Shown here: positions 26,256-32,000 of the stretch, piece by piece
Position numbering within the stretch: the first letter of the stretch is position 1
Layout: each line of letters starts with the position of its first letter
DNA from: Demequinaceae bacterium
GTDB taxonomy: Bacteria > Actinomycetota > Actinomycetes > Actinomycetales > Demequinaceae
NCBI GenBank assembly: GCA_965250005.1
Contig: OZ252279.1
Span: 1 to 32,000, forward strand
Length of the DNA: 32,000 bases
Direction: 5' to 3'
The notes under the pieces: generated by a model
What the model saw: only the letters and a program-made list of their open reading frames with translations
Database searches by the model: none
What the model was told of the DNA's origin: nothing
Program-made: the position numbers and the translations under genes

Positions 26256-27117
26256 TCTCTGCGAGCGGCTGGCCGCCGGCGCGGATGCACACCCACTTGA
26301 GTGCGGTCGGGCTTTCGGGGGTGCAGGCCCAGCTGCGGCGCACACCTTGGGGCACGCGGATCGCCGTGCCGGCGCGCACCGGGATCAGCTCGTCGTCCAG
26401 TGCCAGCACGCCCTCGCCGTCGAGGAACAAGTACAGCTCGTCCAGGACCGCGTGCGAGTGCCAGTAGTGGGCGCCCTCGCCGGGTTTGCGTGAGTTCACG
26501 GTCATCCCGATGAACTCTAGATCAATCTCGCGGTCCAGCACCTGGCGGCCCGGCGCGCTCGTCTTTTCCGACAGTCCGCCGTACGGCTCGAACCATTCCG
26601 CCATGGCCCCGGCCTCAACGACCTCGTAGCCGGCCGACGCGTCGGCGCTGGCGCTGGTCGCCTTGAGGGGCGGTTCACCGTCGGACCATGGCAGCGGGCG
26701 GTCGCGCTCCGGCCACGCGTCGCGCGCGATGTCCGCAAGTGCGGCGCCGCCGGCGCGAATGCAGATCCAGGTGAGCGGCGCGGGGCTGTCGTGCGTGCAA
26801 AACCAACTGCGCTGCGTTCCTTGCGCGACCTTGACGGCAGTGCCGGCACGCACGGGGACGATGTCGTCACCGAGCGCCATCACCCCCTCGCCGGACACAA
26901 AGAAGTACAACTCCTCAAGTTCGGTGTGGGCGTGCCAGAAGTTTGCGCCCGTGCCGGGGGCGCGCGAGTTGAAACTGAGCCCAAAGAACTCCGCATCGAT
27001 CTCGCGGTCCACGAACCGGCGTCCCGCGACGGGGTTGGTGGTGGCGGCTTGCGCGGCTTCAGTCTCGTCGATCCACTCGTGTGGGGCGCCAACGTCGATC
27101 CGGGTGTAGGAGGACAT
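26212..27117 (-). CDS. Bicupin-domain protein (two internally homologous cupin domains)
   Basis: Repeated blocks NFWHAHTELEELYFFVSGEGVMALGDDIVPVRAGTAVKVAQGTQRSWFC and HYWHSHAVLDELYLFLDGEGVLALDDELIPVRAGTAIRVPQGVRRSWAC. Confidence 0.93.
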   Translation of the reverse strand: MSSYTRIDVGAPHEWIDETEAAQAATTNPVAGRRFVDREIDAEFFGLSFNSRAPGTGANFWHAHTELEELYFFVSGEGVMALGDDIVPVRAGTAVKVAQGTQRSWFCTHDSPAPLTWICIRAGGAALADIARDAWPERDRPLPWSDGEPPLKATSASADASAGYEVVEAGAMAEWFEPYGGLSEKTSAPGRQVLDREIDLEFIGMTVNSRKPGEGAHYWHSHAVLDELYLFLDGEGVLALDDELIPVRAGTAIRVPQGVRRSWACTPESPTALKWVCIRAGGQPLAEIKDATMYPEIPLPW

Positions 27118-27548
27118 ACGGAGAATCTACTTGTTTGACGGGGTGCAGGCGGGTGGGTGCCTACTGCGTTCCGGTCGGGGGCAACAGCTTTTTGGCGCCG
27201 ACAGTGCCCCAACTAGTCGCTTGGGTCCGAACTCGAAGGCCTCGGCCGCGCCGCAGGCCAGCTTGGACGCGCCCGCCCGTTCATGGAGACGAAGCTGCCG
27301 CACTCGGCGGGGAGTAGGCGCGCGGCCGCGAGTGTCTCCTTCTCGCCGACGATCTCGCGCCAGAGGCGCAGCAACGGTTCGCTCGAACTGGTTGCTGAGC
27401 TCCGCGGCGTCGGCGATGTGCGGGACGGGGCGGTGGTCGGGCGAGTCGCTGATCCGAGCGATGTCCCCGGGGCGTGAGCGGGCGGCGCCGTCCACAGATT
27501 CGGACATTTCGGACGCCAATGTCAGGTGGTGATGATGGAATAGATGTC

Positions 27549-28508
27549 ATGACCTTCAGCACGCGCTCCCTTCGCACGGCCACCGCGGCCGTCCGCGCGC
27601 GCGAGGGCGCGGACCTTGCGGGGCTGGCGGCAACAGACCTGCTGGAGTTGTCAGATCACGTCGCGCAACTGCGACGCGATGCGGACGTACTCATGGCTCA
27701 AGTTGCGGCAGAGATTCACCGGCGCTCCGACTTGGTCAACGCGCGCACGGGTCGCGCGCGCCACGGGCGGGAGCCTTGCAGAGGCACGACGGTTGGTTGT
27801 GGCAGGCGGCTTGCTCGCGGGCGCGGTTGCCCCCGGTGGCTCTGCCGGCCACGGCGCTGTTGATGGACAGGGTGCTGTGAATGGACAAGGTGCTGTGGAT
27901 GGGCAGGGTGATGCGCTGGGTTCAAGCGCGACGGCCACGCCGATAGCAGGGTTTTGTGGCGAGTTGGCGAGGCTAGTGCGCGAGGGCCGCGTCGGCGTGG
28001 ATGTGGCGGCGCTGTTCTCCGCGGCGGTGTTGGGTCTGCCAGATGTGGAGCGCACGCGCGAGCTCTTTTCGAGGGCGCTTGCCAAGGCGCAGGGGCTGCC
28101 GCTGCATCACGTGCGTCGGCTCGTGTGGCGGGCGCAAGCGCTCGCAGACCCCCGCGCGTGGGAGGACCGCGAGCAAGAACAGCACGACGCTCGCTCGGAC
28201 ACACGTACCGCCTGTTCAGCTCGGCCCAGCGCCTCGCGCTCGTGGAACGCGACGGCGGGTGCTCGTGGTGCCACGCGCCGCCATCGTGGTGCGAGGCACA
28301 TCATATTCGCTGGTGGGAACGCGACGCGGGTCCAACGGACCTCGCCAACGGAGTGCTGTTGTGCACGCGATGTCACCATCGCGTCCATCGCGACGGCTGG
28401 GAAATCGAGGTGCGGGATCAAGTGGTGCACTTCATACCACCGCGCGCCGTCAGCACTGCGCGCACTCCCGTGATCGGCGGGCGTGAACGCTATGGCATCG
28501 CGGCGTAG
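27549..28508 (+). pseudogene. Frameshifted DUF222 / 13E12-type HNH endonuclease gene
   Basis: Pieces in three frames: MTFSTRSLRTATAAVRAREGADLAGLAATDLLELSDHVAQLRRDADVLMAQVAAEIHRRSDL; then GSLAEARRLVVAGG...GRVGVDVAALFSAAVLGLPDVERTRELFSRALAKAQGLPLHHVRRLVWRAQALADPRAWEDREQEQH; then YRLFSSAQRLALVERDGGCSWCHAPPSWCEAHHIRWWERDAGPTDLANGVLLCTRCHHRVHRDGWEI (HNH). Confidence 0.8.
27847..27914. repeat. Imperfect 18-nt tandem repeat (GGACAGGGTGCTGTGAAT-type), about 3.7 units, encoding GQGAV(N/D)
   Basis: Units at 27847-27864, 27865-27882, 27883-27900 and a partial copy from 27901. Confidence 0.85.
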
Positions 28509-28572
28509 GCCACGGCCGCGCCGCCGGGTCGTCAGGTTTTCTCTCTGCCGCCGCTCCTCCGCAGCAGATCCC

Positions 28573-29286
28573 CTAGCGCCTGTTCGCCAGGTACACGGTG
28601 TTGGTCGATTCGCCGCCCTGGAGCGGGTTGGGGAAGCCGACCACCTCGGCCGCGACGTCGTCGAACACGCCCGCGAGGATGTCCATATACGCCTGGTCCG
28701 GAGGGTCATTGGACCACAACGCGTAGACGCCGCCCTCGGCCAAGTGTGCGGCCAGCCGACGCGTGCTGGCCGGGCCGTAGAAGCCCTCGCTGCCACCGTC
28801 GAGCAGGTGCTGCGGCGAGTGGTCGATGTCGAGCACCACGGCGTCCCAGAGCCGATCCGGCCTATCCGGGTCGAACCCTGCGCCGTCCGACATCGCGAAG
28901 AAGTCGCCGTGCACCAAACGGCAGCGTGCGTCGGCCGTCAGCACCGGGCCCACGGGGACCAAGCCTCGTCGGTGCCAGTCGATCACGGGATCGAGAAAGT
29001 CAACCACCGCCAGCTCGCGCACCCGCGGGTCGGACAAAACGGCCTGCGCGGTGTAGCCCAACCCCAGGCCACCCACGGCAATGTCCAGCGAGTCGCCGGG
29101 CAGCCGCGCGAGTGCGAGCCGGGCCAGCTCCTCCTCCGCGTGGACGAACATGCTGGACATGAGCCACTCGTCGTTCAGCTTGACCTCGTAGACGTCTTGC
29201 TTGGTGACCGGGTCGAGTCGCCTGCGCAGGCTCACCTCGCCGATGGGGGTCTCCGCCCAGTCGAGTTCTTCGAACCGTGCACTCAA
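28573..29286 (-). CDS. Spermidine synthase-like / SAM-dependent methyltransferase-fold protein
   Basis: LDIAVGGLGLGYTAQAVLSDPRVRELAVVDFLDPVIDWHR ... LVHGDFFAM ... WDAVVLDIDHSPQHLL ... LAEGGVYALWSNDPPDQAYMDIL. Confidence 0.85.
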   Translation of the reverse strand: MSARFEELDWAETPIGEVSLRRRLDPVTKQDVYEVKLNDEWLMSSMFVHAEEELARLALARLPGDSLDIAVGGLGLGYTAQAVLSDPRVRELAVVDFLDPVIDWHRRGLVPVGPVLTADARCRLVHGDFFAMSDGAGFDPDRPDRLWDAVVLDIDHSPQHLLDGGSEGFYGPASTRRLAAHLAEGGVYALWSNDPPDQAYMDILAGVFDDVAAEVVGFPNPLQGGESTNTVYLANRR

Positions 29287-29406
29287 GGGGGCGTCCCGTC
29301 TGTTGGGGCGGCGCGGTGTGCCGCTTGGGCAACCCTAGCTCGCGATGCGCGCGGCTCGGGCCCTCGCTGCCCTTGCGCTCCTGCAAGAGCGGATCGAAAC
29401 TGAGAC

Positions 29407-29730
29407 ATGGACGAGATCACGCCGGGCTGGTGGCTTTTCAGCATCGGGCCCTACGAACAGTGGGTCGACCTGGGCGGCGCGGACGTGTGGGCTGCAGAGT
29501 GGACGCCAACCGGCGAATACATCACGGTCGAGAACCCCGAGTATTCCGAGCAGCTCCACCAGTTCGAGATCTACGAGATCGAGCTGCATGACGGAACCCT
29601 GCGGTTCGCGGCCGCCGAGTTCCACTACGGCCTCTGGGGGTTCTATCTCGAGGGCCACGAGGATGGCGCGCCCGATGAATCCGATGAGATCGACGAAGGC
29701 GCCATAGATGCCGAGGACGACGAGCAGTGA
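29407..29730 (+). CDS. Hypothetical protein with acidic C-terminus
   Basis: MDEITPGWWLFSIGPYEQWVDLGGADVWAAEWTPTGEYITVENPEYSEQLHQFEIYEIELHDGTLRFAAAEFHYGLWGFYLEGHEDG. Confidence 0.65.
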   Translation: MDEITPGWWLFSIGPYEQWVDLGGADVWAAEWTPTGEYITVENPEYSEQLHQFEIYEIELHDGTLRFAAAEFHYGLWGFYLEGHEDGAPDESDEIDEGAIDAEDDEQ

Positions 29731-30207
29731 CTAGTGGCCGGCGCGGAACCCCAGTTGCCGCCATGCCTCATAGATCGCAATCGACGCGCTCGACGTAATG
29801 TTGAGCGAGCGTCGGCCGGGCAGCATCGGAATCGCCACCTGGTCCGCGACCCGCGCATGTGCCAGTACGACCTCGGGCAGACCTGTGGGCTCGGGCCCGA
29901 ATAGCAGGATGTCGTCCGCGCGATACTCGACGTCGCTGTAGACGGTGGTGGCGCTCGCGGTGAACGCGAACACGCGCGAGTCAGGGGCCGTCGCTAGCAG
30001 CGCATCAAGGTTGCCGTGCACAGTGACCGTCGCGAGGTCGTGATAGTCGAGCCCGGCGCGAATGAGCCGGGGTTCGTCCAGCTCAAACCCCAAGGGCTCG
30101 ATCAGGTGCAGTTGCGCGCCTGTGACAGCCGAGAGCCTGATCGCATTCCCCGTGTTCTGCGGGATGCGCGGCTCGTAGAAGGCGATCGAAGGAACGTCGG
30201 CGGGCAT
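29731..30207 (-). CDS. trmL: tRNA (cytidine(34)-2'-O)-methyltransferase TrmL, SPOUT family
   Basis: IAFYEPRIPQNTGNAIRLSAVTGAQLHLIEPLGFELDEPRLIRAGLDYHD ... LLFGPEPTGLPEVV ... IPMLPGRRSLNITSSASIAIYEAWRQLGF. Confidence 0.92.
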   Translation of the reverse strand: MPADVPSIAFYEPRIPQNTGNAIRLSAVTGAQLHLIEPLGFELDEPRLIRAGLDYHDLATVTVHGNLDALLATAPDSRVFAFTASATTVYSDVEYRADDILLFGPEPTGLPEVVLAHARVADQVAIPMLPGRRSLNITSSASIAIYEAWRQLGFRAGH

Positions 30208-30275
30208 GGCGCTAGTTTGCCACGGCGCCCGCCTGCCGCCGCGTCGCTTGACACCCGCGGCACGCGTGATAACTT

Positions 30276-30289
30276 GTTAGTTGGCTAAC
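30276..30289. promoter_or_regulatory. Candidate MarR operator / inverted repeat GTTAG-TTGG-CTAAC
   Basis: Perfect 5-bp arms with a 4-bp centre in TTGTTAGTTGGCTAACGAA, about 45 bp upstream of the MarR start codon. Confidence 0.6.
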
Positions 30290-30333
30290 GAACGAAAGAA
30301 CGCGGACAGATCCGCGCCAGGCAGGAAGCAACA

Positions 30334-31023
30334 ATGAAGACCCAAGACAACACTGGGGCGCACGCCCCACAACCGGGCGAGGAGAACCTCGTCCGCGCCA
30401 TGGCAGGCACCGCTCACGCGATGCGCCGCTACCTTGAGACCACCCTCGGCGACGTACCCGGAGGCATGAGCGCCTGGGCCGTGCTCCGCACCGTTCACCG
30501 CTGCGGCCCGACTACACAGGCCGACCTCGCCCGCTGGATGGGCATCGCGGGCTCAACGCTCACACGCCGCCTCGACCAGATGGAAGATGACGAACTCATC
30601 GCTCGCGCCGACGACCCGGAGGACGGCCGCCGCATCATCGTGCGCCTGACGGACAAAGCCGAGCAGCTCATCGCCGCCCAGCACACGCGAATGCAGGCAG
30701 AGACCGACCGCCTCACCGCGGGAGCAGCCGCCCACGACCTCGACGCCGTCGCCCGCGTGATCGCGAAGATTCGCGAAAACCTTGTCGAACTCGGCGCCGA
30801 TCTGCACTCGCACGACGGCGGACGTGGTCGTGGCCGCGGGCGCGGCGGACTCGGCGGTGGCAGAGGGACAGGCGGCCGACGCGGGCGCGGCTCGCGCGGC
30901 CGAGGCTCCCTGGGCGCTGGCGACCACGGCGACCACAGCGCCCCCGGTGACCACAGCGAAAACTCGGATGATAACCACAACCACCGCCCCCACTGGCGCG
31001 GCCCACGAGAGGGTTCCGAATGA
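30334..31023 (+). CDS. MarR-family transcriptional regulator with low-complexity Gly/Arg- and His-rich tail
   Basis: SAWAVLRTVHRCGPTTQADLARWMGIAGSTLTRRLDQMEDDELIARADDPEDGRRIIVRLTDKAEQLI; tail GGRGRGRGRGGLGGGRGTGGRRGRGSRGRG...DDNHNHRPHWRG. Confidence 0.9.
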   Translation: MKTQDNTGAHAPQPGEENLVRAMAGTAHAMRRYLETTLGDVPGGMSAWAVLRTVHRCGPTTQADLARWMGIAGSTLTRRLDQMEDDELIARADDPEDGRRIIVRLTDKAEQLIAAQHTRMQAETDRLTAGAAAHDLDAVARVIAKIRENLVELGADLHSHDGGRGRGRGRGGLGGGRGTGGRRGRGSRGRGSLGAGDHGDHSAPGDHSENSDDNHNHRPHWRGPREGSE

Positions 31024-32000
31024 GCTTCCACGGCGGCGGCAGCCACCCACCACCCGCGAGCCGCCCGGCGCGCGGCAAGGACGAGGCAAGCAAGGGAGGC
31101 GGCCCGCGCTGGGGCGTGGATATCAAGGCGCAGCGGCGCGAGAACGCCGAGGCGCCCAACATCCCGCACCTGTGGCGACGCGTCGGCGCGCTGTTCCGCG
31201 ACTACCGCGGGCGACTGCTCGCCACCGCGATCCTCGTCGTGGCAAGCGCAGTCGTCGGCATCATCCCGCCGCTGCTCATCCAGCGCATCTTCGACGACGC
31301 CCTCTTCCCGGCAGACGCATTCGGCCCCAATCTGCGGCTGCTCTCATCGCTGGTCGCGCTCGCTATCGGGCTCTTCATTGCGTCGGCACTCCTGGGCGTG
31401 TGGCAAACCTTCCTCACGTCAAAGGTGGGCAACCGCGTCGCGGGCGACCTGCGCGAGAATCTGTTTGTGCGGCTCCAGGGTATGGACCTCGCGTTCTTCA
31501 CGCGCACCAAAACCGGCGTCATCCAGTCGCGGCTACAGAACGACGTGGGCGGCGTTTCGGGCGTGCTCACCAGCACGGTTACCAACATCGTCGGCAACTC
31601 CGTGACGGTGCTCGCGAGCCTCGCCGCGATGATCGTGCTCGACTGGCGCCTCACGGTGATTGCCGTAATCGTCATGCCCGCGCTAGTGGTGGTGCAGCGG
31701 CGCGTGGGCCAGGTGCGCGCGCGCATCGCCTCCGCAACTCAGGAGTCGCTCAGCGAACTCACCGCCATCACGCAGGAGACCCTGAGCGTCTCCGGAATCC
31801 TCCTGTCCAAGTCGTTCAACCGCCAGGGCCTCGAGACCGAGCGCTACGCCACCGAGAATCGCAACCAGATCAGCCTCCAGGTTCGCCAGGCCATGAGCGG
31901 CCAGTGGTTCTTCGCGATGGTCATGTCCATCATGTCGAGCGTTCCCGCGGTCATATACCTTGCCGCAGGATTCTTCATCTCGCGCGACCTCGACAACGCA
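31020..32000 (+). CDS. ABC transporter, fused permease/ATPase (multidrug exporter type), truncated by the window end
   Basis: ATGA overlap with the MarR gene. LFRDYRGRLLATAILVVASAVVGIIPPLLIQRIFDDALFP ... VGNRVAGDLRENLFVRLQGMDLAFFTRTKTGVIQSRLQNDVGGVSGVLTSTVTNIVGN: ABC transmembrane type-1 domain. Confidence 0.88.
   Translation, partial: MSFHGGGSHPPPASRPARGKDEASKGGGPRWGVDIKAQRRENAEAPNIPHLWRRVGALFRDYRGRLLATAILVVASAVVGIIPPLLIQRIFDDALFPADAFGPNLRLLSSLVALAIGLFIASALLGVWQTFLTSKVGNRVAGDLRENLFVRLQGMDLAFFTRTKTGVIQSRLQNDVGGVSGVLTSTVTNIVGNSVTVLASLAAMIVLDWRLTVIAVIVMPALVVVQRRVGQVRARIASATQESLSELTAITQETLSVSGILLSKSFNRQGLETERYATENRNQISLQVRQAMSGQWFFAMVMSIMSSVPAVIYLAAGFFISRDLDNA

Noticed and set aside
27119-27548. 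Several overlapping ORFs on both strands between the bicupin and the HNH pseudogene
   Set aside because: None has convincing coding character, start context or recognisable motifs. Possibly decayed DNA, left unassigned.
30277-30498. 73-aa - strand ORF over the MarR start and promoter
   Set aside because: Antisense to the MarR gene start, with no supporting motif.

Overview
High-GC actinobacterial-type chromosome segment that mixes housekeeping genes with accessory DNA. Recognisable genes on the + strand: ssb-like, ettA (ABC-F), malQ, an SGNH hydrolase and a MarR regulator translationally coupled to a multidrug-type ABC exporter. On the - strand: tesB-like thioesterase, MscS channel coupled to a truncated globin, AraC regulator, pepN (M1 aminopeptidase), Fic protein, a bicupin, a spermidine-synthase-like protein and trmL. 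The most unusual content is a scattered family of small multi-TM proteins sharing a W-W-x-D-H / GxxxxLxxH / GSFA signature. It has about seven domain copies in six genes between 4.6 and 15.6 kb. One gene is a two-domain tandem fusion. Another is split by an intact IS3-family element (14126..15421) with 23-bp inverted repeats and a 3-bp TTC duplication; removing the IS and one TTC restores a full-length ORF. Two family members are each followed by a convergent pepN 3' end, one belonging to the real gene and one to a decayed remnant. A second IS3-family element (18591..19754) abuts a 5'-truncated TIR plus pentapeptide-like gene that converges with a Fic gene. Other decay signs are a frameshifted DUF222/13E12-HNH gene, a frameshifted hypothetical gene with a collapsed partial duplicate, and a possible frameshift at the left edge. 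I saw no CRISPR array, rRNA or tRNA by eye. All homology calls come from reading motifs, not from searches.
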